Shown: piece by piece, positions 24,132-38,039 of the stretch
Position numbering within the stretch: the stretch's first letter is position 1
Layout of the letters: each line of letters opens with the position of its first letter
Assembly (NCBI RefSeq): GCF_963921235.1
Contig: NC_086106.1
Span: forward strand, 23,870,001 to 23,934,000
DNA length: 64,000 bases
DNA from: Mobula hypostoma
Taxonomy: Eukaryota
Direction of reading: 5' to 3'
Made by a program: the position numbers and the translations under genes
Notes under the pieces: model-generated
Seen by the model: only the letters and a program-made list of their open reading frames with translations
The model's database searches: none
What the model was told of the DNA's origin: nothing

Positions 24132-25482
24132 GGAGCGGCGATTTCATTGAACGCGGGGATTCACTGTATTCTATTTACATGTCATTGCGCAGATTGGGGA
24201 TATATAACAAGCCAATGATCAAACACGAACAATATTTGATTTTATTTTGAATTTCGTTTGTCTTGATCTCCACGTGACCTGGCAGAGAAGCGGCGAGAAA
24301 ACAAGAAATAAAATTACAAGCCACACACCTAAAATGTTAGCTACAGATGCCGCAAAGAGAAGATAAGAAAGAGGAAGATGCAGCGGCAAGGAAAAGGTGA
24401 TGGAGAAAGGAAGACGGGGTTTATGTGGCAAATGATTCAGATAAGGTTACTAATATTTAAGCTTTCATTAAGTTTATTAATAAGGATGGCCAGCTGTGTT
24501 GAGATGTATGTTAAGATCAGCATATGGCAAGATATCGCAAAGAGAGTTATCGAGACAATGCACTTATGACCAAAAGGAAGGTTTTCAAATTGCTATATTG
24601 TGAAGCAAAATTCAATCGGGGACGAGTGAAATGCGCTTCAGACTCCCCAAAATAGAAGTCTGATTTCCATTGCCCGACGTATATCGGATCCAAATTACAA
24701 ACACGGGAGAGTGCCTCGATGAGTCCCTGTGAACTTACAAAGCAGACGCTGTGTCCAATATTGATTAAGTTGTTGCCATTCCATGGAGAATCTACGTTCA
24801 GCTGCGGCTACAATGCACTCCAGGAAACTCAGGGGGTGATTTTTTTTTTGAACAGAAGACTCTGGCGCCAATAACAAAGGAGATATATGTGTTTCCAAGT
24901 GTTCGTCTGAGCTGACGATGTAGGACCCGATCTGTAACACTGAAGAACAGTTAGTCTGCTAATTCTGGCCAAAGACTGTGATTTATAGTACATTCGGCAT
25001 GCTTGAGAACGTCTGATTTATTGCTAAATATATAAATAACCTGCCCTCAGACCAGTCACTAGAGTTTCTTGACAGATTTTCTGCTATTTATAGGAAATAA
25101 AACATTCGCTTCCTGTGACAATCGCATTTGTTAAGTTCTTGTGTAATGAACTCCACAGTTTTCTCAGCAATGTAGCAGATTCGAACAAATACCGAACTGA
25201 AAGAGTTATCGCAAAACTTGCACTGCACCCTCGCAATCAAATCTTCGAAAAGACTGAAACTACTAGGATTTATTTTATTTTTTTTTAATATTGCGTTTCT
25301 TATTCACCGTTCCAAGAAGAGAAGCTGGTCTCTGTCATGTCATCAATGCCTGAAATGCCTCATTCTTCATAATTCTCCCAGCCTAATCTTACAACTGCTA
25401 ACATTTGGTTATTGAATAATTAACATGAGACATTATCTTCTCATGTTTTGGCCGCATGACCATTTATATACAATTTTCTGTA

Positions 25483-25496
25483 CGCCACCTTGTGGT
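25483..25496 (-). promoter_or_regulatory. CTCF-like motif
   Basis: Minus strand reads CCACAAGGTGGCG, one mismatch from CCACCAGGTGGCG. Motif match only. Confidence 0.35.
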
Positions 25497-28400
25497 GACT
25501 GGGAACAGTTCTCCTTCTGTCTTTCCACTGTAAGTCACGTTAACCATGCGTTTTCTTCATGTTCATAATTAATACCGAGGGAGAGAGGCTAGATAACTGG
25601 AAGTCTGCCTGTCGAAATTGAATTATATTCTTTTCCTCCTCAAAGTTCTGTACAACAGATTTGGTTTAGAAAATTGACATATCTCACGACCCGGTATTGT
25701 CATTAAACCGTTTTGACAGTTGTTCACGTTCCCTTTTCAAGTTGGAAAGACTTGCTTACGCGTTGCATAATTAACGACTGTAGGCTATTTATTCGCTCAG
25801 CAAGGATAGAGGGGGTGGTAGAATCAGGATGAATATAACGTCTTTTCTAAACCGTGCTTGACCCTCAAGATGAATTGAATAGGTCTGAGGGCTGCTATAT
25901 TTCATGACATCAATGCCGATGACCATTGTTTGAAATCAGGGCCTCAGGAAAGCTGTGTTAATCATAATGGTGTTATGGCCTCGGCCATTCCCATATTGTT
26001 TTTACTGAATTCTTTGCTTCAAGTCTGTTGGAAACTATCAATTTGAGGCAAATCAATAAGATAAAAAAAAAAGCTTTTTTCAAGTACATAAATTTGACAT
26101 AATATCTTCAGGCAGTAGCTCTGGAACAAGCAATAACGAGGTCATTTATGCAATTTGCCATCTGGTTGCATTGGAGTACTGCCTACTCGTGACAGAAGGT
26201 CTCATCGACGCAAAAAACACTCCAGTCCGAAGAGGCGGTTTAAGTTGCAATCAGAATGTCAAGTCCATTCAGATCAATTTCAGAAGAAGGCATGTGTTCA
26301 CGTTATGACAGCAGTGAGCCTCCGACGAATTATGCAACACGTAACTAACTATGGTTTCTTCAAATAGGTTAAAATTTGCACTGATCTCTAATTCCTCACG
26401 TATGTCGAAAACGATGCACAACCACAATCGAGTCATTCGGTTTGTCCCGGTACGTCTCCACTCATGCGTCATGAATTCTGTATTTTCTTTACTGACAGCC
26501 GTTCCCTTTCTCCATGGTAAGTCTCTGCTTAACTGACGCATGTGCAGAATATCGCCTCTACTCAATCTAGACTGCTCATAGATGATGTGCTTCTTTGCAA
26601 AGCCAATGACAATGAATCCTTCTTTCATTATCCTTATGTGCTGACCACTGGAAAATGATCAACTGTGACACTGAACTACTTTTTTTATTTTTATTTATTT
26701 TTTTGTTTGTAGCTAAGGTCCTCTTCTGGTTAACTCAGCATCTTGTAGAGGACCGCAAACATATGCGGAGGGGTTCATCACTGGTTCTGCATGCCATTGA
26801 ACATAGTCCTCTCACAGGTTTTCTGCTGTCTATGAGAGCCTGATTGGTGAAATTCAATTAAATATATTTAATTCTGCCTTGAATTTCTATATCTTGAAGA
26901 GTAGACTGCACAAACCTCTGCAATTAAAAACAAAGAAAAGCAATTGCAAAAATCAGTCGGTAACGGTCGTAATTGTATTGATAAAATGAAATGAGCAGAG
27001 CTGTCTATTCCTCCGAGTTTTCACCGAACGCATTTTAAACACCGTTTGTTTGAACGCGTACAGCCGCAATAGTGCAATTCTCTGCACATTTCAAGTGCCT
27101 CCTCTGCGGTGACTCTCCGATCCTACATTACGACCTTTTGCTTCTGGACAATCCCGTCCTAAGCATGAAGTAGCATGTTTTATGATGTTATCATGCCAAC
27201 GTGATAGAGATATAATTTGGTATTGGTCTATCGCGATTTTCGCATTGTATGTTACACATGATACTAGGAAGACAATAACGAAACAGAAATTTGTGCAAGC
27301 GCACTGGGGGATTCTCCTTCCTGGAATCTGAATGATATAATTAGCAGGGAAATAAAAGATAGAGGGAGAGGTATAATACATTATTGTAGTAAAATATTCA
27401 AATCCTGAAGAGAATAATGCATGAGTGGTGAAAAAATAAAGAGGGGATATAACCAGATGATTTAAGAGAGCTGGAGTGAGAGGCAAGTGGAGAGTGATGA
27501 ACACAACGATAGAGAAAAGGGACAGAAGGATAAAGAAATAGAAAAAAAGATTGCCTTCTGCAGAAATAGTGAATATTAAAAAATCCATCTAATGGGCACC
27601 CACTGCATCACTACATCTTCTTCGTAATGAGATATCTTCTGCCATTATCTATTTCCTTACCCGTATCCTATCTGAAGCATGGGCATGATACATCCGTGTC
27701 ATGTGTTGCTATAAGGTTATAAACAGACAGAGCATGTTAACTCCGGTTGATATGCAATAGAATGCTGATTTCCCAGGTCAAGTTCTTCGCTTCGGTGCAA
27801 TCTGTGGATTTTAATCGCTTCCAAATTTCCCGGATTTTCCATGCGACGAGGCAGCATCCCGTGTCAAAGATTCAATATAGCAGCATCGCTCTGAAGTAAC
27901 AAAAAGTCTTACACTGAATTGAATCGATAGTGGAACTCTCTTCTGATCTGTACAGTATCTTGGAGATGGAGAAGAATCTATGTTGAAAAGTTTCCATTCC
28001 TGAGGTTGCACTTACCGAATCGACACAGGTTATCAGATATGGCAGTTTTAAGCAACTTGCAACACTGTGAGTATACTCTTTTGAAAGAAAAAACCCTAAT
28101 GGACGCAAATTAAGTTGCCTTCGGGATTCTGATTTAACTGTATCATTCACACCCCGGTATTGTACAAATCTCACTGGCAGTTTTGCTGGAATGTCAACAG
28201 GATCACGTTTAGCGACCTTTAGATCTGTAATCGCTGTGCGGCATGTTTATATACAAACAATTACTTTTAATTTCTATTAACATGGTGCATCTCAGTTCCT
28301 TGCCTCCTGCACTATATCTTGTCGTGACTCGTGCGGCACAGAGGAAATAATGCTGGATTTCAGATAATCGGGGATCTTCTTTGTACCGCCTTTCACGCCT

Positions 28401-29239
28401 TTTCGATGCTCCACAGCGCTGCCGTCAGTTGATAACCTTGCGGTTTCTCCGATAAAATGGCGATAGAAGTTTCCTGTGGTGTAGAGCTGTGCTTTTGAAT
28501 GTAAGAATTGACGTCAGCAAAGAGAGCACGAGAATGCAATCACTGCAAGCACAGTGTCCAGTGTAAATATAGTACGTTTTATTTTTCAGTAACAGTAAAG
28601 AATAAAGGTTAGAAAAATAATTACGTGTGTTAGTGTATTTTGGTACTACTGTCTTTGCATCGGTCGGTGCAGCACGACAGTAGCACAACGGTATGGGGAA
28701 GATTTTGAGCAGGTGCTACTGAAAACCTGGCCTGAATTAATATGAAGGTGGAATTTGCCGAATACAGAATATCCTGGATAACAGCCTCCAAGCCACTGTC
28801 AGAAAGCTCAACCGGATGGGAAGCAGTGGCTCCCCGCAGAGTAGTAAGACAAAACACCCTGCAGAACAACTTCGTGTGTCAAATACGACATTTGAGCAAT
28901 GTTTTCAAGGACGAATGCGGACATCGTGCTTCATCACTTTGAGCATAGTGAATGGAGATTCAAACAAAAGGTTTTCCCGCTGCTTATACAAATATATATA
29001 ATGAGTCCGGAATACTGTTATCACAGCCGGACTATCGCTCCGCGTTGAATTGCTCGTCACAATGTTTTCATAAAGGTTTTCATAAAGAGTATCATGAAAA
29101 TGTTGTCCATTCGATCGCATTGTCAACGCCTTGTGATCTACCTCGACTGATGAAAGCTGCATTTATGTTTTCTGCATAGCCATCTCCACGGCAATGCAAC
29201 ATCCCTATCTTACTATGACATATTCATAGATATAATCAC

Positions 29240-31316
29240 AGCTAATGATCTATATTGCCAGAGGACTACTGAATGGCTGAACGCTTCCGGTGAATCTGTT
29301 ATCGGCATACCCGTCATGAAATGTTAAAGATAGATGTAGAACTCTCGAAGCGGAGACTGTAAACACTGCATACATGAGGTTTAGGAAGAAGGGATCGGAT
29401 GGGTCTATTGAGGGATATAGGAAAACAAGAAATGAGCTTAAGAAGGGGCTGACAAGAGCAAGAAGGGAGCATGAGAAGGCCTTGGCGAGAAGGGTAAAGG
29501 AAAACCCCAAGGAAAACTTCAATTATGTGAAGAAAAATGGATGACAGGAGTGAAGGTAGAACCGAATAGAAATAAAGGTGGGAAGATGTGCCTGGAGGCT
29601 GTGGAAGTAAGCGAGGTCCTCAATGAATACTTCTCTTCGGTATTCGCCAATGAGAGGGAATTTGATGATGTTGAGGACAATATGAGTGAGGTTGATGTTC
29701 TGGAGAATGTTGATATTAAGGGAGAGGAGGTGTTGGAGTTGTTAAAATACATTAGGATGGATAAGTCCCCGGGACCTGACGAAATATTGCCCAGGCTGCT
29801 CCACGAGGCGAGGGAAGAGATTGCTGAGCCTCTGGCTAGGATCTTTATGTCCTCGTTGTCACGGGGATGGTACCGGAGGACTGGAGGGAGGCGAATGTTG
29901 TCCCCTTGCTCAAAAAAGGTAGTAGGGGTAGTCCGGATAATTATAGACCAGTGAGCCTTACATCTGTGGTGGGAAAGCTGTTGGAAAAGATTCTTAGAGA
30001 TAGGATCTCTGAGTATCTAGACAATCATTGTCTGATCAGGGACAGTCAGCTTGGCTTTGTGAAGGACAGATCGTGTCTAACAAGCCTGATAGAGTTCTTT
30101 GAGGAGGTGACCAGGCATATAGATGAGGGTAGTGCAGTGATGTGATCTATATGGATTTTAGTAAGGCATTTGACAAGGATCCACACGGTAGGCTTATTCA
30201 GAAAGTCAGAAGGCATGGAATCCAGGGAAGTTTGGCCAGGTGGATTCAGAATTGGCTTGCCTGCAGAAGGCAGAGACTGGTGGTGGAGGGAGTACATTTA
30301 ATTTGGAGGATTTTGACGAGTGGTGTCCCACAAGGATCTGTTCTGGGACCTCTACGTTTAGTGATTTTTATTAACGACCTAGATTTGGGGGTAGAAGGGT
30401 AGGGTGGGTTGGCAAGTTTGAAGACGAGACAAAGGTTGGTGGTATTGTTGATAGTGTAGGGGATTGTCACGGATTGCAGAGAGATATTGATAGGATGCAG
30501 AAGTGGGCTGAGAAGTGGCAGCTGGAGTTCAACCCGGAGAAGTGTGAGGTGGTACACTTTGGAAGGAGAAACTCCAAGGCAGAGTACAAAGTAAACGGCA
30601 GGATACTTGGTAGTGTGGAGGAGCAGGGTGATCTCGTGGTACATGTCCACAGATCCCTGAAAGTTGCCGCACAAGTGGATAGAGTAGTTAAGAAAACTTA
30701 CGGGGTGTTAGCTTTCATAAGTCGAGGGATAGAGTTAAAGGGTCGCGATGTAATGATGCAGCTCTATAAAACTCTGGCTAGGCCACACTTGGAGTACTGT
30801 GTCCAGTTCTGGTCACCTCACTATAGGAAGGATGCGAAAGCATTGGAAAGGGTACAGAGGAGATTTACCAGGATGCTGCCTGGTTTAGAAAGTATGCATT
30901 ATCATCAGAGATTAAGGGAGCTAGCCTTTCCTCTTTGGAGAGACGGAGGATGACAGGAGACATGATAGAAGTGTACAAGATAATAAGAGGAATAGGTACA
31001 GTGGATAGCCAGCGCTTCTTCCGCAGGGCACCACTGCTCAATACAAGACGACATGGCTTTAAGGTCAGGGGTGGAAATTTCAAGGGGAATTTTAGAGGAA
31101 GGTTTTTTACCTAGAGAGTGGTTCGTGCATGGAATGCACTGCCTGAGTCAGTGGTGGAGGCAGATACACCAGTGAAGTTTAAGAGACTACTAGACAGGTA
31201 TATGGAGAAAGTTAAGATTGGGGCTTATACGGGAGGCAGGGTTTGAGGGTCGGCACAGCATTATGGGCCGAAGCGCCTGTACTGTGTTGTACTATTCTAT
31301 ATTCTATGTTCTATGT
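29240..31316 (+). mobile_element. CR1-type LINE, 5'-truncated
   Basis: [58 protein letters not shown]; (TTCTAT)n tail at ~31295-31315. Confidence 0.95.
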
Positions 31317-31854
31317 ATGGAAGATGATCTGTTTTCATTAGAGATTATGTTTTTTTGTTGTTTTTTTTTACTGATCAGAATCCAGCAACTGTTTTCACCG
31401 AGAAAGGAAAAAAAATAAGCTGACCAATGATAAGCGAGGAATAGAAATGCGGAATCCGAGAGGAGCCTTGTATACTCAGTTGTGGGTGGATGTAAAAAAA
31501 AACAAACAAACAAATAAACAAACAAAGCAAAACACAGCTTGTCCTGCCGGGCATACTGTGCAACAGAGAGAGCAGAGGTCGTATCTCAAACGTGGTAGCG
31601 ATTTTCAAGAAAGCCAGCAGGGACAGTCAGGACATCCTGTGTTAAATACCGAGTTCATTACGCGCAAGGGAAAATGGGTAAAAGCAAGCTTTACTTGTAA
31701 CAGTTGTATTTAGAGCGGATATTGTGTGCGTGGTGCAGCGTTAAAGAGAAGAGTTCGATGCTTTGGCTCAGAGAAACTTCAGCGTGAAAAGCCGGATGGT
31801 TTAGGCAGACTTTCTTTCGGATCCATACATTTCATATTTTAATCTAATAAGAAT

Positions 31855-32870
31855 GAGAATCAGAATCAGAATCAGGTTTATTATAACTGGCATGTGATGT
31901 GAAATTGGTTAACTGAACAGCAGCAGTTCAATTTAATACAAAATATAGAAGAAAATTAACTAAATAAAATAATTGCAATAATAAATAAATAAGGCAATTA
32001 CAGTACAGGTATATCGAATAGATTAAAAATCGAGCAAAAACAGAAATACTATACATTGAAAATGTGAAATAGTGTCGAAGGTTCAAAGTCCATTTAGGAA
32101 TCGGAGGCAGCGAGGACGAAGCTGTTCCTGAATCGGTATTGTGTGTGCCTTGAGGCTTCTATACCTCCCACCTAACGACAACAGTGAAAATGGGCATACC
32201 GAGGGTGCTGGCTGTCCTTAATAATGGACGCTGCCTTTCTGAGACACCGCTCCTATCAGATACCATGGGTACATTGCAGGCTCGTATCCAAGATGTAGTT
32301 GACTAAAATTTATGATCCGCTGCATCTTTTTTCCCCTTTTCCGAGCAGTAGACACCCCACCCACCATACCAGTCAGATGCAGCCTCTCATAATCCTCTCT
32401 ATGCTACATCTATAGAAGTTTTTGAGTGTATTTGTTGACATACCAAATCCCTCCAATCTCCTCATGAAGTATATCCACCGTCTTCACTTCTTTATAACTG
32501 CATCGATATGTTGGGACCTGGTGTTATGTTCAGATCTTGTGATCCAGGAATTTGAAACTATTCACTCTCTCCACTTCTGATCTCCAGATGAGCTCCTTCG
32601 TCTTACACCTCCGGAAGTCTAAAATCCGCTCTTTTGTCTTCCTGACGTTGAGTGCCAAGTTGTTGCTGCGGTAACACTCTACTAGTTGGCATATCTCACT
32701 CCTGTACGCCCTCACGGCACCACCTGAGATTTTACCGACAATGGTTGTAACGTCAGCAAATTTATAGATGTTTTTTGTGTTATGCCTAGCCATGCAGTCA
32801 TAAGTATATAGAGATCAGATTAGTGGGATGAGCACGCACGCCTGAGGTACAAGAGTGTTGATCGAGCCGA
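31855..32870 (-). mobile_element. Rex1/Babar-like LINE 3' fragment
   Basis: YKFADVTTIVGKIS..AYRSEI.QLVE...NNLALNV.KTKE..LDFR; (AATCAG)n tail at 31855-31876. Confidence 0.8.
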
Positions 32871-33879
32871 TTGTACAGAGAGAGCCGTAGGAATGCTGAA
32901 CAAAGTAGACGAATGGTCCTCAATTGGGACATGGTAAAGCTGGGAAAACGCCAACTACATCTGCAGTAAGTGTATTCAGCAACACAGAATTGCAGACCGC
33001 GCTATGAAGCTCAAATTAGACTTCAATGAACTCCAGGTAATTGTGGATTTTGAGCGGTTGACTAACAAGCGATAAAGGTAGGTAGCTGCAACTTACAGGC
33101 AGGACAAAGGTAACTGTGTGACATTCAACTGGTGAAAATGGCTTGGCTGAGATTGCGGAGTACATGCATCTGTGACAGTTCCCTTCCAGAACATGTAAAT
33201 CACCCCAGTTACTGTTGAAGGATTATTTTACAGAGTAAGAAAAAACACAATTGTCACGTGTCCAGCATTGAGTCTGACTCTAAGGCTTAGAAGGGAAGTA
33301 CGTAGCAGAGGCGAGCTGCGGTGATAGCGAATGCATTTGTCAGTTAAAAAGACATGAGATTCCGTAGACGAAGCCGATATCACAGGGAGGTCAGCTGACC
33401 AGCCTTCAGTACAGCAGAAAACCTATAAATCCAGTAGGATAGTGAAGAGACCTGAAAACACCTCTTCCCAAAGTAGACTGTTCAAATACGGAGGGACAAA
33501 TGTTGAGTGCAAATTAAGATATAAATGTATACCTGATTGTGTAAATAAATTGTTTATACTGACATTCGAAAAGCATCCATTAGTTTGTGTCGAAAGAATA
33601 AAGGGATTGGTTAAATCGTACTAAAAAGGTATCGGTCAAATGGCTGAAAAAGACCATGAGGTTCCAGTTGCAAAGCAAATGCCGCTCAGTCTCTCCGAAA
33701 AAAAAAGAAAACACATCGGATATGACAATTCAGACAAAAGAGAGCATAGCAGACGATCAAATTGATGCAATAAAAAGGGGAAATGAGAGAAGTAGTATGT
33801 GAATTCACGACAGGACCTGCGAAATCACGACATGACTGATTTGAAAATTAGGTGATTGATGAATCGATATATATGCATG

Positions 33880-34160
33880 ATTACTGTCTTTCATATCGTT
33901 AGTTCCTTAGTCCCAAAGACATTTTTTAACCGCTCTACGAATCTGGTATTAACTAGGTACCGTGAAAAGGTGCCTCATCAGTTCATGTATTTGCGATGAG
34001 TGAATGAAGTACATGTCTTTGTCGCCAGGTATCCTTCGAAATAATTTGACAAATAGTCCCAGGAATCAGAGCTCGCATCAATAATACCAAGTATAAAACT
34101 GCATTAAGTCCACGCTGGAATAGCACTAGGATGATTAAGACAGTTTGTTATACAAGCATC
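33880..34160 (+). pseudogene. Possible decayed V relic
   Basis: TVFH..FFNRS (compare AVFQ..FLNCS), IWY at 33941, QFMYLR, RY..FDK.S..SEL.INN, then CACTAGG, 21 nt, ACAAGCATC. Several frameshifts must be assumed. Confidence 0.3.
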
Positions 34161-34639
34161 ATTTTACCGACTTGTACAGCCACATAGCAATGGCTGTCTC
34201 AACTATAGCAATTATCGGTGGACTGATGCGGTGTATCGCATAGGTTAATTAAATGATATGAAGGGATCGGACAACGACGATGGAGATATTTTAGAAATTT
34301 TGCAAAATCTCAGTTTCCTGTTACTTGTGGTAGAGGGACATTAAAATAGGTATAAACGCGCTCCGCAGAAACACATCAATGGAGCCGATGATGCTAAAAA
34401 CTGGAGGACAAATAATACAATTCTTACGGCAAAGAATATCGTTAGTGGGTATAGGAGAAAGGCACATATGATAAAAGCTTCAGTGTCCAATGATAATAAC
34501 GAGCGATGTGACACAGGGAAGCGCACTTTTTGCATTAAAAATAATCAACTAATGGTGCGAAATGAAATAAGTGAACATAGGTGACCTCTATGCGGGTGTG
34601 TGCACAATGGAAAGAGGACGGAGGGGCGGGGGTGGGGGG

Positions 34640-34667
34640 GAGAGAGAGAGAGAGAGAGAGGGAGAGA
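34640..34667. repeat. (GA)n microsatellite
   Basis: Direct reading. Confidence 0.9.
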
Positions 34668-34959
34668 GGCAGAAAGCCCTAGTCTGGGAACTTAATGTCA
34701 GGCGACGAAGTAAATTGATTTTGTTCTCTCTTTCTTCACACATATCTGAACCAACATGTGAACGCATTGATCGCCTTCTTATCTTCCTATAGTATCGTAC
34801 TAGAGGAACTGTCGTGTATTAGTGCATTAGTTTTACCAATTGTTGCAGTCCTTGTAGATTTCCTCTCCAAAGGGTCTTATCCGGACTATCTAGTTGATTC
34901 ACTTCCAATTCTCTCACGGCTCTTCGGTTTAATTGCTATTCTATGGCTATGCTGAAATA

Positions 34960-35520
34960 TCGTACTGCTCTCTAATAAACGCAGAGGTTGAAGAACCTGG
35001 AGACAGCCCACACGAATTTACAAAGAGATTTCTTTTTTTTTCTGTTGGGAAAAAATGTATTTCGGTACCATTGACAGAATGAATTAAGTTGTGGAAAATA
35101 GAAAACGAGAATTGAACTTCGGACACTGAAAGTAAACAGATCAAAAAGGCTCTATCCCAATAATGTTGTCGACCGAATTGCTGCGACCATTTTGTGAGGC
35201 TATTCCTGCACCGTCATTATAAGCTGTTGTTGCACTGTTTCTTTCGCTCAAGGAAGGATTAATCGGAGCGATAGAAAGTATATGAAATGAACTTTCATTA
35301 CTTATTATTTGAAAACCTGAAACAATTTCAAATAGAACGTTGTTTTTCATTTCTTCTTTTTTTTTTCCTTTGGATATGTAAAAATGGCTGTCTTGCAGAA
35401 AGAACAGTCTTTGAACTGAGGGGAGCGAAGCCCAGAGTTGTACTGAGCTTGCTAAATTAATCGAAATTATCTAATTTATGAAGAACACAGAAAGTTATCA
35501 GAAACAAAAGAGAGAGCCAT
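34960..35520 (-). pseudogene. Possible decayed inverted V relic
   Basis: Minus strand: ATG at 35520, hydrophobic LSLLFLITFCVL, G|ATAATT (compare GTAATT of the first V), acceptor TTGTTTCAG|GT at 35316, PSLSERNSAT, WSQQ, and terminal TCTGCGTTTATTAGAGAGCAGTACGA resembling SAVYYCAVR. Confidence 0.38.
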
Positions 35521-37101
35521 CAACTAATAATGCTTACAGCCCTATGCACATGGGAAGCTGACTCTTGACAATCCGATAGGTTTCGAATAAAGACTTCGAA
35601 AGATTGTGCTCATATGAAAGAGCAGAGTAGAGAAGTTTGGGAATACTGGAAGAGACAATTTAGGAACGCATCATCACAGAAGTAGATGACCCAAAGTACT
35701 CTGCGCTCAAGATTAATAACTGGCTAACTTAGACTCATTTGTACTGCTGTTACCTTTTCTATTCTTTCATTGAGAGCGTAGGGTCAAGGAAACCCTGTGT
35801 TTGCGTGCACATTCATATAGCTTTGTGAATTCAGGTGTTTGCTCCTAACTGCAACAACAAAATAATTTGTCAGGTAGTACGCAATCTATCTGTGATGTTA
35901 ATGATAAAACATCAGTGAAAATCCACTCCTATATTTTATGTTGTATGGTTTATAATAGCCAGCCATTATTGTTGAGAGCTGATATCAGTAAGACCTGTGT
36001 TCATATCTTTGAGAAATAAAGATCCATTTTCCACACTTCAGCAGGTTTCCATGCAAGAAGATTTTGTGTAAATTCTCTTGCGAGTAGTTATTGTGTTCCT
36101 ACCGTACAGTGTTCTGAGGTTTGGAGGCTCGCTATGCGGCTGTGTGAATTTATTAGGAGTTTGCTTGTTTTGTCCCGTCTCACCCCATCACTCTGCCAAC
36201 ATCTGTCAGTATGTGGGATAGTTAGCCAATAGAAATTCCTTCGGTGCATGTACAGGGCTGAAACTGAAGAGCTGTTGTAAACTTGGCAGGGTCAACGTCG
36301 AATAAATGTCAAGTATTAAGATGTCCTGGAAGATGACAGCAAAGCGAGATAATGAATGAACGAGATTGGTTGTCGATTTTGAATTGAAAGTCTTCATTTT
36401 CCGAAAACTAGCCTAATTGTGTCCCTTCTGTGACACCAATGATTTGGTGTTTTTCGGCAGTTTAGCACATTTTAGATTTGGGGGGAAAATGTCTGACTAA
36501 AGGCGTAAGAAGTAGACGTGCTAATATAAGGATACACAGCTGGGATCATTGTAATGAACAGGTGCACGAAAACTTGTCGATCTTTTTTTTTGCAATAAAA
36601 CCAGAGGATTGAGTATTTTCTTCCAGCTTCCCTCGGTGTTTTTCCCCGAACGTTTTGGCATGCTGCCTCTCTTTCAGACGGCAGAGCATAGTTCACGCGA
36701 TACTATATGCTCTCCTTTGTCAATTTATTGATCCAGTAGGTGCACGGGCATTTATTTTCCCGAGCCGACTCCACGGTGCTTACATGGTGGATTATCAAGG
36801 AATGCAATTTTATATGATTGGATTAGATTGAACTCAATATTTTGAAGGTGTTCGGAAGTATGCATGTGTCTCTTCGAGTTTTTTTTATAAAGTAAATCCT
36901 TACCAATCGCATTGAGGTAGGGAAGAGTTCGTAATATTGTTGCAAGTATCCCTTGTTATCTCCTATTTTAATCTGTGTTCACTTTCTTTAAATTTTCTGA
37001 ATAAGGGAATAATTCCTGTAACATCGCTCGTGGCAAAAACCTTGTGGACTGTTCTCGTCATGGCGATCACTGAGTGTAGGATCTCAGTTTTATCGGCATT
37101 G

Positions 37102-37882
37102 TGTCACAACCATGGATTCAGCAACGTACAGGAACGCAGAACACGAACACAGAGCCTTGGTCGAGGGAGAACAGGAACGCAGAGCCTTGGTTGAGTGCGA
37201 ACAGGAACGCAGAGCCTTGGCCGTGAGAGAACAGGAAAATGGAACACAGAGCAGGGACCCCTCCATGGGAACAAGACTTGGGGCACAGAGTCAGGACCCC
37301 TCCTCGGGAGCAGGACGTAGGGCCAAGGCTCATACACAGAGACAGATCACCGCTCAAGGTAGCGGTAAACGGCCGGACCTGCCCAGCGGAGGGGAGAGCA
37401 CAAAGAGGCGGTTCGAAACTCCAGGTAGCTGCAAACGGCCGGACCTACATAGCGAAGGCGTGGACACAGGGACAGTTCCCAACTCAATTACCGGCAAACG
37501 GTCGGTCCTACCTAGCGAAGGCGAGAACACAAAGGAACAATTCCAAACAACCAAAGACAGTTCCTTAATTAGACCCAGCAAGACCCCGATCTGGCCCTGG
37601 CGGTTGTAACTGAGAGCGTTACAGGCGAGGGAACAGGCGAAGAGAGCAGGGGAGGCTTCAGGCGAAGGTAGCAGTCGAGGCTTCAGAAGCAAGGGGAAGG
37701 GGAGGGAGCAGTCCAGCAAATAAAGCTGAACCCATGAGCTATTTATGTCGCCAACCTAAATAGGAATCATGTGCTTGAATTTCGACACCCAACAGAACAA
37801 CTGAAAACCTCAAAACCCGGAATAAGGATCGATGAACCGGTCCCTGAAACGGAATGCGGCCTTTAAGGACCGGACCATGACA
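37102..37882 (-). mobile_element. Related LTR-like element in the opposite orientation
   Basis: GGACCGGACCATGACA end is the reverse complement of the 15023/55529 start; begins TGTCAC; 3 x 30-bp repeat at 37150-37239; no clear TSD. Confidence 0.7.
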
Positions 37883-38039
37883 CTGATTGCATAACCGACA
37901 GACTCACTATAATAATAACTCGTATCCGCAGTAATTTCTTTTTAATTTGCTCCTGTTGTTTTCTTTTACACGCTAGTTGGGTGCCTGTCTGTAGTGAAGC
38001 ATATTTAACTATTTATTTTCTGATTATCTGGTACAGCAC

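Noticed and set aside
23709-24218. Long ORFs crossing 23900-24131
   Set aside because: Artefacts of the N gap.
36240-36400. Minus-strand FQFKIDNQSRSFII stretch as a V FR3
   Set aside because: No downstream D-x-A-x-Y-x-C, no RSS and no upstream W motif were found.
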